From assembly GCA_026419815.1 (NCBI GenBank), contig JAOAKR010000002.1, positions 1 through 26,212 of the forward strand: a stretch of DNA of 26,212 nt. Direction: 5' to 3'. Positions 1-7,853 of the stretch are shown piece by piece (position 1 is the first letter of the stretch; every line of letters begins with the position of its first letter). Origin of the DNA: Candidatus Micrarchaeota archaeon (GTDB lineage: Archaea; Micrarchaeota; Micrarchaeia; CAILAH01). A program made the position numbers and the translations under genes. Below the pieces are notes generated by a model. That model saw only the letters and a program-made list of their open reading frames with translations, searched no databases and was not told where the DNA came from.

Positions 1-3000
1 AAATAATGGCATACCTTGCATCATCATCCAAATAATCTGAAATGCTTATGTTGGTATAGTTGAGGCCTAATGCATCGCCAATCAAGATTCCGCTCCCGTT
101 GGCGGATACGCTTGTCCCAGAAGGCGCGTACATCCAAAATGCCCACAAGCTGTTATTATAGAGGCTGATGTTGGAAATTGTAATGTTGCTTGAATTGTAA
201 TAAAGGGTTATTCCGTCGCCACCATTATATATTTGGCCACCGCTTATAATGCTGTCATTGCAGCTTGATATAGATATGCCATATGAATTGTTCGTAAGTG
301 TATTATTGATTAATGTGCTCCCTATGCATGCCCCACCATATAAAAATGGGGCTATGAAAAAGCCTCCCCTATTGCCATACACAGAATTGTTGAGGAACAG
401 GTTCCCCCCGCCAACAACCCTGAAGCCTTCTTCTTGAGTATTGTTGTAAACGGCATTTTTCTCAAAGACATTTCCATAAGAATGGTAAATGTAAAATCCA
501 TAGTAGCTGTTGTTGTAAACCTCATTCCCGTAGAATATGTTTTCGCCACTATCCTGTAATGACACACCTGCTTCACTGTTATTGTATATCTTATTTGATG
601 TGAAGTTATTGTGAAGGGAGCTAAGCGCATATAAGCCATATTGCAAGTTTGTACTTATTGTGTTGTTCAAGAGCGTGTTGTTCGTGCTCTGGTTGAGGTA
701 AATGCCCGCAATGCTTATGTTGTATATCGTGTTGTTGGCTATTGTGTTGTTGTGGCTGTCATCAAGCTTTATGCCGTAGTAATCGCTGCTGTATATATTA
801 TTGCCTATTATTGAATTGTTATATGAGGGGTCAAGGTAGATTGCGGTGCCGCACGAATAGATATCCATATCAGTTATAAGCGTGGTGTTTGAGCTTTCCA
901 CAAAAATGCAAGTACTGGTTTTGCGCACTGTGCCGTTCATTATGGTTATGTTCGTGAGGCCGGGTGCAACATAAATGCCTGTTGTGCCGTTCTCAATTAT
1001 GTGGCCGTTCAGGTCAAGTATGACATTGCCTGAGGTGATGCCGATTGCAGCATCGTACCCTTCCCCGGAATAGTCGCTTGTAAGCACAAACGTGCCTTCC
1101 GAGCTTATTTCATGTGCGTAGCCCGCCCCGGCACACATTATGTCATACTCGCAATCGCTGTCTGCACAGTCTGTGGCCGTGTCCTCATCATTGTCAACTC
1201 CGTCTTTGCAGTGGGTTTCAAACTCACAATCATCCGAACAGGCCTCACCGGGCTCACAGCCACCATTGCCGCAGTAGCAGTCAGCTGGGCAGGTGTCTCT
1301 GTTCTCGCCTTCCTTGTAGGCGCAGAATGTGTCGTTGCAGTATTTTATCTTGTATTCGCTAAACGAAGAAACATTGGCATAAAATACTCCACTCCCACTA
1401 TCATATGAAACGTTGCATTCTGGGCTCTCGCATAGCGTACCGTCCTTTAGTAAGCGGATCACGCTGTTATTGAAAGTATTGTAAAACTCAAGCGAGGCTG
1501 TGGTGTTCAGGTTGTCGTGTGCACCTGGAACTGGCGAGAATGCAATGCTCCTGGATGAAAGCTGTGGATTCTCTGTTGTCAGTGGGGATAATATTGAGAG
1601 ATTGCTTTTTTCCCAGCGGAGCAGCGATTCCATTGTTGAATATATAAGCCTGTTCAGCCCACCGCCATTGTCAGATATTACGGTAATATTGTTGTTTCTG
1701 AAATCGTTGTTTGACGGGGATTGGCCTGAAATGGGATTGGTGCTTATATAATGTACCGTGTTGCTGTCTAATTGGGTATAAGATACATTGCCGTTTAGGG
1801 AAATGCCGTATATGTAATTTCTCACAAACCAGCTGCCCTGTGACGGCCCATCTATTACTATTCCGTGTGCCGGGCTTACGAATACGTTGCCTTCAACAAA
1901 TAAGCTGTCCGCTTGGCTGATCTTTATAGGAGTGTTGAGTATGTTGTACATTAATACTGAATTGCTTGATCCTATGTTTAGTCCTTGTGATCCAGTATTC
2001 TCGCCTTCCCACGGACATTGTGTTATGGTGATGTTTGAGTTCAAAAGGGTGAAGCTTGCGCTGCCGCCAATTTCACGGCCACCGACCCACCAGTTCTGGC
2101 ACATACTTGTGTCATTTGAGTAGAACGTGAGATTATCAGCGTAAAATGTTGAGCCTCCCATAATTGTGAAGTTTGTCCTATTGATTGCCTGCCGAAGGTC
2201 TATGGTTGTGTTGTAAGCGTTGAATATTGAGCCGCTGCCGATTGTTACATTAATGGGGGATGCGCCCGGATAAAGCGTTATTGTAACATTGTTGAGCGTG
2301 AGGTTTGCCTGATAAAATTCTGGCTCGCTGTTGACAAAAGTCGTGCTAACCAATTCACCGTTCCCAGCGGGCATTGATGAAACCCTGAAATCGGTCCAGG
2401 GGGAGTTTACCTTGATTACTACTTCGTAAGTGTAAGGTGAGGCATCAGAGATGTTCACGTAAACTGTGTAGTTGTATGATGAGTCGCCGCATACCGCGCT
2501 CCCGCTTGAAATGCGCGTCATCCCATTGATGAGGCACGTTACATTTGCCAAGCCGAAGCCATTAAACGTCCCTATTGACATTTCGTAGCCGTATATGTTG
2601 TTTGAGGGGTTGTTGTCAAGATCAAATGCGTATAACGATTGGTCTTCCAGTGTCGTTGTAATAAACACCTTTATCGTGTGCTCAGACTCGTTCGCCATTA
2701 TCTTGAATACTGCATTGCTATTAGGTTCCCAATCACCAGTATAGTTTGGTTCATCGCCAATGCGATCTGGGATTTCAAGCGGGATGGGTGCCGAGTTCTT
2801 CGTTATTTGGTATATATTGTTTGCAAAATAGAAGAGTTCGGGGTTAGAGTTGAGTATTATGCTGCCGTCAACCGGTATGTTCTCATTTGAGCAGGAGACT
2901 GCAGAATCAATTACCCAGTCGCCCCCGTTGTATGCTCCGCCGCAATACCCTGAGGGCGGCAATCCACAATCGTTCGGGCAGGAATACGGTGTTTCATAAC

Positions 3001-3379
3001 TTTCACAAACAGTATTTCCACAGCACTGTGAGCTGCAATCAGGATCACCACAATCAGTGTATGAATCCTCATCGTTATTCACAAGGTCAAAACAATATTC
3101 CTCGGTTGGGCAGTCATCGCGGCATTGCTCGCCCTCCTCGCATATTGCATTAGGGCATTCCGCAAGTATACCCGGAAGGAAGCAGTCCTGCGGGCAGGAG
3201 GTCAGCTCGGAATATGCGTCGCAAACGTGGTTGCCGCACACCGGCGGTTTTGAACAATCCTGCGGGCAGGAAAACAGGTTCTCATCCCAATCACAGAAAC
3301 GGTCGCCACAGGAGAAGGCGAATGTGAAGCCTGAGAGCAACAGTATGAATGCGAGTAAGTATATTACGTTTGCGCGCAT
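1..3379 (-). CDS. Large secreted/surface protein (>1126 aa, 3'-truncated by the window edge): signal peptide, Cys-rich CGxxxC...CPxDC and DxNDxD modules, parallel beta-helix (NosD/PbH1-like) repeats
   Basis: Translated by hand from ATG at 3379; the frame is open to base 1 (absent from the ORF track because there is no stop). N-terminus MRANVIYLLAFILLLSGFTFA-FSCGDRFCDWDENLFSCPQDC. Beta-helix-like repeats such as GNVILDLNGHIIENGTTGIYV, YYGIKLDDSHNNTIANNTIYN and NNSYYGFYIY. Many N-x-S/T sequons. Confidence 0.85.
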   Translation of the reverse strand, partial: MRANVIYLLAFILLLSGFTFAFSCGDRFCDWDENLFSCPQDCSKPPVCGNHVCDAYSELTSCPQDCFLPGILAECPNAICEEGEQCRDDCPTEEYCFDLVNNDEDSYTDCGDPDCSSQCCGNTVCESYETPYSCPNDCGLPPSGYCGGAYNGGDWVIDSAVSCSNENIPVDGSIILNSNPELFYFANNIYQITKNSAPIPLEIPDRIGDEPNYTGDWEPNSNAVFKIMANESEHTIKVFITTTLEDQSLYAFDLDNNPSNNIYGYEMSIGTFNGFGLANVTCLINGMTRISSGSAVCGDSSYNYTVYVNISDASPYTYEVVIKVNSPWTDFRVSSMPAGNGELVSTTFVNSEPEFYQANLTLNNVTITLYPGASPINVTIGSGSIFNAYNTTIDLRQAINRTNFTIMGGSTFYADNLTFYSNDTSMCQNWWVGGREIGGSASFTLLNSNITITQCPWEGENTGSQGLNIGSSNSVLMYNILNTPIKISQADSLFVEGNVFVSPAHGIVIDGPSQGSWFVRNYIYGISLNGNVSYTQLDSNTVHYISTNPISGQSPSNNDFRNNNITVISDNGGGLNRLIYSTMESLLRWEKSNLSILSPLTTENPQLSSRSIAFSPVPGAHDNLNTTASLEFYNTFNNSVIRLLKDGTLCESPECNVSYDSGSGVFYANVSSFSEYKIKYCNDTFCAYKEGENRDTCPADCYCGNGGCEPGEACSDDCEFETHCKDGVDNDEDTATDCADSDCEYDIMCAGAGYAHEISSEGTFVLTSDYSGEGYDAAIGITSGNVILDLNGHIIENGTTGIYVAPGLTNITIMNGTVRKTSTCIFVESSNTTLITDMDIYSCGTAIYLDPSYNNSIIGNNIYSSDYYGIKLDDSHNNTIANNTIYNISIAGIYLNQSTNNTLLNNTISTNLQYGLYALSSLHNNFTSNKIYNNSEAGVSLQDSGENIFYGNEVYNNSYYGFYIYHSYGNVFEKNAVYNNTQEEGFRVVGGGNLFLNNSVYGNRGGFFIAPFLYGGACIGSTLINNTLTNNSYGISISSCNDSIISGGQIYNGGDGITLYYNSSNITISNISLYNNSLWAFWMYAPSGTSVSANGSGILIGDALGLNYTNISISDYLDDDARYAII

Positions 3380-3508
3380 AGTCTTTAATTGCCATATTAA
3401 ATATAAAAGCATTCCCATTTAACGCAGAATCCCGCTAATAAGGGTTGCGGGTTTTCAGCGTGCTGGGCTCGCTAACCCTTTTTAATTTTGCGGGGGGGAA
3501 TATGGGCA

Positions 3509-5530
3509 ATGCCAAACAGGCCGATGCTAATCATTGCTGAAAAGCCAAAGGTAGCCGAGAAAATCGCAAGATTCCTTGATGAGAATGCCAAGAAGAAGTA
3601 TGAGTCAAAGGTTGCATACTATGAGCTGGAACGGGGCGGCAAGAAGATTTACGTGGCGAGTGCTGTGGGCCACATATTCGCGTTAAAGGAGGCCGGTGGT
3701 GGGGTTGGCGAGATCCCGGTTTTTGATGTTAAGTGGGTGCCAGCACACCTTTCGGACAAGAGTGCGGCGCATACCAAGGATTACGTTAAGGCGCTTGAGG
3801 CGCTCGCAAAGAAGGCTGAGGTATACGTTTCTGCGTGCGACTATGATATTGAGGGCTCGCTTATCGGGTTCAACGCGATAAGGTTCATTGCGGGCACTGA
3901 GAAGGGCAAGAGAATGAAATTCTCGGCGCTCACAAAAGAGGACATCGTTAAGGCTTTTGAAGAGATGGGTGAGCTTGACTATAACAATGCATACGCCGGT
4001 GAAACCAGGCATATACTTGATTGGTACTGGGGCATCAATTTGAGCAGGGCGCTTATGCAGTCTATCAGGAATGCCGGGCTGTATAAAGTTATGAGCATTG
4101 GGAGGGTGCAAGGCCCAACGCTTGACATCCTAGTAAAGCGCGAGAAGGAGATCCAGGCGTTCAAGCCCGAGCCGTTCTGGCAGCTTTACGTTGAGAAGGA
4201 TGGGGTTAAATACCTGCACGAGAAGGATAAGTTCTGGGATGAGCGCGAGGCTGAAAGGGCATATGGGCGCACTACACTTGCAGGCAAAGTTAAGGAGATT
4301 GAAAGGAGCGAGGTGCGTGTTCCTCCCCCATACCCATTTGACCTTACGACGCTGCAGATAGAGGCATACAGAGCGTTCAAGATGGGCCCGAAGGAAGTGC
4401 TGCAGCTGACGCAAAATTTGTATGAGAACTCATACATCAGTTACCCGAGGACCAGCTCACAGCAGCTGCCGCCATCGCTCGGGCTGAGGGGGATACTTGA
4501 AAAGATTGCGAAAATTGAGGATTACTCAAAAGAGGCAAAGTTCCTGCTTTCAAATGGGCTGACCAAGCCCAAGGATGGCCCTAAGAGCGATCCTGCCCAC
4601 CCGGCAATACACCCGACTGGCATACACGGGAAAATGGGTGAGCGCGAGAAGAAGCTTTATGACCTGATTGTGAGGAGATTCCTTGCGTGCTTTGGTGAGG
4701 GCGCGGTTAAGGAGAGCACCAAGGTTACGCTTGATATGGGCGGAGAGCATTACATTGGGAAAGGTATGGTAGTAAAGAAGGAAGGGTGGATACCGCTTTA
4801 CGGGAAGTATTATGCGCCTGAGGAGGAGAGGCTGCCGCCGCTTGAGAGGGGGCAAGAGTTCCGCGCTGAGAGGAAGCATAATGAAAAGAAAATGACGCAG
4901 CCTCCAAAACGGTATACGCCCACATCGCTGGTGAAAGCGCTTGAGAAAAACAATTTGGGGACCAAAGCGACACGTGCCACGATAATAGAGACGCTTTTCA
5001 AGAGGGATTACGTCAGATCCGAGAGCATAGAGGTGAGCGAGTACGGGATGAAGGTGCACGAGGTGCTGCACAAGTATTGCCCTGAAATTCTTGATGAGAA
5101 CCTTACGCGGGCGTTTGAGGAGAAGGTTGAGAAGATACAGGAGGGCAAGGAACAGGAGGAGAAGGTGCTCAGTGAGGCGCGTGAGGTGCTCAAAAAGATA
5201 ATCAAGGAATTTATGCAGAATGACGATAAGATAGGGCCGGCGCTTGTTGAGGCGTTCAGGGGGAGTGAGCGGAGGCGCAATTTCATAATGAAATGTGGCA
5301 AGTGCGGCAAGGACCTGGTCGTGAAGAACACGCGGGATGGCAGGATATTCATAGGGTGCACTGGCTGGCCAAGCTGCAACAACGCCTATCCCATACCTAA
5401 TGATGTCAAAAAGGTGAGCTTCGTTAAGCAATGCCCAAAGTGCGGTGGTCCAGTGATTAGGTATAGGATGCGCAAGTTCACGGTCACGAGGTGTGCCGGG
5501 CGTGCCTGCGATTATAAGGAAGGTGCCTGA
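3509..5530 (+). CDS. topA: DNA topoisomerase I (type IA, archaeal) with C-terminal C4 zinc ribbons, 673 aa
   Basis: TOPRIM start IIAEKPKVA, ACDYDIEG, GRVQGPTL, FDLTTLQ, active-site YISYPRT, GLGTxATR-like NLGTKATRA, C-terminal CGKC..CTGWPSC and CPKC..CAGRAC. Start moved from 3488 to ATG 3509 (3524 also possible). Confidence 0.95.
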   Translation: MPNRPMLIIAEKPKVAEKIARFLDENAKKKYESKVAYYELERGGKKIYVASAVGHIFALKEAGGGVGEIPVFDVKWVPAHLSDKSAAHTKDYVKALEALAKKAEVYVSACDYDIEGSLIGFNAIRFIAGTEKGKRMKFSALTKEDIVKAFEEMGELDYNNAYAGETRHILDWYWGINLSRALMQSIRNAGLYKVMSIGRVQGPTLDILVKREKEIQAFKPEPFWQLYVEKDGVKYLHEKDKFWDEREAERAYGRTTLAGKVKEIERSEVRVPPPYPFDLTTLQIEAYRAFKMGPKEVLQLTQNLYENSYISYPRTSSQQLPPSLGLRGILEKIAKIEDYSKEAKFLLSNGLTKPKDGPKSDPAHPAIHPTGIHGKMGEREKKLYDLIVRRFLACFGEGAVKESTKVTLDMGGEHYIGKGMVVKKEGWIPLYGKYYAPEEERLPPLERGQEFRAERKHNEKKMTQPPKRYTPTSLVKALEKNNLGTKATRATIIETLFKRDYVRSESIEVSEYGMKVHEVLHKYCPEILDENLTRAFEEKVEKIQEGKEQEEKVLSEAREVLKKIIKEFMQNDDKIGPALVEAFRGSERRRNFIMKCGKCGKDLVVKNTRDGRIFIGCTGWPSCNNAYPIPNDVKKVSFVKQCPKCGGPVIRYRMRKFTVTRCAGRACDYKEGA

Positions 5531-5538
5531 AAAACATA

Positions 5539-5544
5539 TTTATA
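5539..5544 (+). promoter_or_regulatory. TATA box of tRNA-Gly
   Basis: TTTATA preceded by an A-rich BRE-like run, about 28 nt upstream of the tRNA 5' G at 5572. Confidence 0.55.
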
Positions 5545-5571
5545 GGTTTACGGCTGAATATTCCCCGTTAG

Positions 5572-5693
5572 GCGATTGTAGTCTAGCCTGGTAGGACATG
5601 GCCTTGCCATTGGCTTTTCTGTGGGATGCCACTAAAAGCCAGCAAAAGAAAATCAAAAAGGCTAAAACCCGGGTTCAAATCCCGGCGATCGCA
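5572..5693 (+). tRNA. tRNA-Gly (GCC) with 49-nt intervening sequence at 37/38 (5610-5658)
   Basis: Acceptor GCGATTG/CGATCGC plus discriminator A5693; D arm GTCTAGCCTGGTAGGAC; anticodon stem TGGCC/GGCTA with TT-GCC-A; T arm CCGGG-TTCAAAT-CCCGG; followed by a T run. Confidence 0.9.
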
Positions 5694-5705
5694 TTTTTTA
5701 TTTGG

Positions 5706-5984
5706 TTATGCCTTTTCGTCCACTTCTTTCTTGCCCTCAATGAGCTCGCGCTCCTGCTCCTTGTCAAGCCTGAGCAGGAGTGCCTGGAACTCGCCCACGT
5801 GCGTCTTCTCTTCCTTTGCAATGTCAAGGAGTATCCTGCGGATTTCTGGGCGCGTTGTCTTGGCTGCAAGCTGCTCGTACAGGCTGACTGCATCAAGCTC
5901 CGCAATTATGCCCACACGGAGTATCTCGCGGTCTACTTGCTCCTTGCCTACTTTGGATAGGTCGATTGGCAATGCTGACATCAT
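5706..5984 (-). CDS. Encapsulated-ferritin-type (EncFtn/Flp) ferritin-like protein, 92 aa
   Basis: ILRVGIIAELDAVSLYEQLA...ILLDIAKEEKTHVGEFQALLLRLD closely follows the EncFtn pattern (conserved E of AELDA and ExxH ferroxidase motif) recalled from the Pyrococcus furiosus cargo domain. Confidence 0.85.
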   Translation of the reverse strand: MMSALPIDLSKVGKEQVDREILRVGIIAELDAVSLYEQLAAKTTRPEIRRILLDIAKEEKTHVGEFQALLLRLDKEQERELIEGKKEVDEKA

Positions 5985-6074
5985 GCTGCTATTTATCCGC
6001 CAACCAATTTAAGCGTGAACGGTCGGGCTGAAAAAGGAAAAATTTAAAGTATGGTGTGTTGCGAATAATCGCTA

Positions 6075-7037
6075 ATGCAGCGTATTGCAACGTTCAATTA
6101 CAGGCAGGAAATACCTAAGAATACATACGGTTTCAGGGCAATGCTTGCAAAAGACGCAGCTGGGATTGACCCGGCTATGCTGTCGTTCTCAACATACAGC
6201 AGGCACCTGCCAGCGATTGTTATGTGCCGTACTCCAAAGGTCCTTAAATTCAGCAAGTGCCTGGATTCACTCCGTGTCTGCAGGCACTTCCCGGAGATAA
6301 TGCCCTCAGACTTTATCCCGATGGCTATAGACGCCTCTGACATTGATTTGGTGGCGCAAAAAATAGCAAGGAGCGGCCTGGCGTGGTATGTGAAGCCAGA
6401 TAAGTTTTTTGCGAGGGGGGACCTTGTGCACAGGATTGAGCCGAAGGGGAAGAGCATCTGCATATCCACATATGAAGACTCGCAGATAATCCCTCGCGAG
6501 CATCTACCTGAATTCCTGTCGGGCCTGGCTGCACGCGCGGCGGCCGGCAATGCGGGGCTGCTTCTCCAGCGTGAGGTTGAGCATTACGGTGAGGTTAGAG
6601 TGCTGCTCCAGAAGTATGAAGGCTTCTTGGTGCCCCAATATATGTATATGAAGGAAAAGAATGGGATAGGGTGCAACGTTGCAAAAGGTGCTCGCGTGCG
6701 CGAGTATTACGATAAGGCGCTTGAGGGGTACGCAACAGGAATCATAAACATGCTGATACGCGAGTATGCTGGCGAGCTTACAATTGCAAAGGCTGAATTT
6801 GTCAAGCTTTTTGCGACTGTTGCAGTTGATTTTATGGTCTCAAGGCGCGGCTATTTCTTCTGTGAATATAACACCGGGCCGGGCATGGAAGGGGTTAAGG
6901 CGCTCGCACCGCGCACATTCAGGAACATTATGCTCACTTACCTCTACAACATTGAGCTGTGCCTTGAGGGCATTTCAAGGATGGGAGAGGATGCGTTCTA
7001 CACGCACGCATTCTCCGGGAAGGAATTGCCAACTTAG
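6075..7037 (+). CDS. Divergent ATP-grasp fold protein (RimK/LysX-like), 320 aa
   Basis: Ordered ATP-grasp-like motifs: WYVKPD, LLLQREVE..GEVRVLL, AVDFMV....FFCEYNTGPGMEG (compare RimK GVD...VLEVNxxPG). BRE/TATA-like GAAAAATTTAAA about 25 nt upstream. Confidence 0.6.
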   Translation: MQRIATFNYRQEIPKNTYGFRAMLAKDAAGIDPAMLSFSTYSRHLPAIVMCRTPKVLKFSKCLDSLRVCRHFPEIMPSDFIPMAIDASDIDLVAQKIARSGLAWYVKPDKFFARGDLVHRIEPKGKSICISTYEDSQIIPREHLPEFLSGLAARAAAGNAGLLLQREVEHYGEVRVLLQKYEGFLVPQYMYMKEKNGIGCNVAKGARVREYYDKALEGYATGIINMLIREYAGELTIAKAEFVKLFATVAVDFMVSRRGYFFCEYNTGPGMEGVKALAPRTFRNIMLTYLYNIELCLEGISRMGEDAFYTHAFSGKELPT

Positions 7038-7044
7038 GTGTGTG

Positions 7045-7188
7045 ATGGCGGGCACATACACTTATTGCAACCACTGCATTGGCCAAGCTCGTGCTTGCGC
7101 GCTCCTTGGCGGTGGCAGGCGGACGTTTATACTGCGGGCTTGTTGTGGTGGCGGGCGCATATTCATAAGCTTGCGGGGGGTAAATTAA
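7045..7188 (+). CDS. Possible 47-aa Cys/Gly/Arg-rich small protein
   Basis: ATG at 7045 preceded by AGGTG; MAGTYTYCNHCIGQARACALLGGGRRTFILRACCGGGRIFISLRGVN; fills the gap between the ATP-grasp gene and fibrillarin. No family recognised. Confidence 0.3.
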   Translation: MAGTYTYCNHCIGQARACALLGGGRRTFILRACCGGGRIFISLRGVN

Positions 7189-7190
7189 TT

Positions 7191-7853
7191 ATGGGAAACA
7201 TAAAGGGCACTCAATTGGCAGGGGTTTACAATGCGGACGGCAAGCTAGCCACGCTAAGCATAAGCCCCGGCTTCAGGATACACGGGGAGATGGTTACCAA
7301 GGGCGGTGATAAGGAATACCGCATCTGGGACCCAAACAGGAGCAAGCTCGCTGCCGCGATAAAGAAGGGCCTTAAGAATTGGCCGTTTGCCCCTGGCAAG
7401 AACGTGCTTTACCTTGGTGCGGCGTCTGGGGTGACTGTGAGCTTCATATCTGATATTGTGGGTGAAAGTGGGAAGGTGTATGCGGTTGAGTTCTCCCCAA
7501 ATAGCATGCGCGACCTCCTGCTTAGGTGTGAGCGGAGAAAAAATGTGTGGCCTATACTTGCAGATGCAAGGCTTCCCGAGACTTATAGCTACGTCGGGCA
7601 GGTTGACGTCCTGTTTGAAGACGTGGCACAGCCCGACCAAGACAGGATACTGATTGAGAATGCGAGGTATCTTAAAAAGGGCGGTATTGCTATGATTGCG
7701 GTCAAGTCGCAGTCAATTGATGTGCGGCTCAAGCCAAAGGACATCTACAAGCGGGTGCTTGACAGCTTAGGAAAGCATTTTGACATCCTTGAGAAGCTTG
7801 AGCTGGACCCGTTTGAGAAGCACCATATGTTCATTGTTGCAAGAAAAAGATAG
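7191..7853 (+). CDS. flpA: Fibrillarin-like rRNA/tRNA 2'-O-methyltransferase, 220 aa
   Basis: EYRIWDPNRSKLAAAI, SAM motif VLYLGAASGVTVSFISD, YAVEFS, NVWPILADARLP, DVAQPDQ, KSQSID, LDPFEKHH. True start is ATG 7191; the upstream extension in the track is not fibrillarin-like. Confidence 0.95.
   Translation: MGNIKGTQLAGVYNADGKLATLSISPGFRIHGEMVTKGGDKEYRIWDPNRSKLAAAIKKGLKNWPFAPGKNVLYLGAASGVTVSFISDIVGESGKVYAVEFSPNSMRDLLLRCERRKNVWPILADARLPETYSYVGQVDVLFEDVAQPDQDRILIENARYLKKGGIAMIAVKSQSIDVRLKPKDIYKRVLDSLGKHFDILEKLELDPFEKHHMFIVARKR

Noticed and set aside
3683-5431. Long antisense ORFs under topA (for example 4550-5431, 293 aa) and similar shadows under the 1283-aa gene, cdc6 and the ATPase
   Set aside because: They fully overlap well-supported genes on the opposite strand, have no recognisable motifs, and are expected by-products of codon bias.
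5598-6012. Plus-strand ORFs 5598-5960 and 5626-6012
   Set aside because: They overlap tRNA-Gly and the antisense of the ferritin-like gene.
5693-7037. Integrated element at the tRNA-Gly 3' end
   Set aside because: No integrase and no duplicated tRNA 3' fragment (att site) were found in the window.
7038-7190. Box C/D sRNA upstream of fibrillarin, or the track's 51-aa N-terminal extension of fibrillarin
   Set aside because: Only a weak C-like GTGATGG and no CTGA D box are present. The extension has a GTG start overlapping the better AGGTG-ATG signal of another frame and does not resemble fibrillarin.
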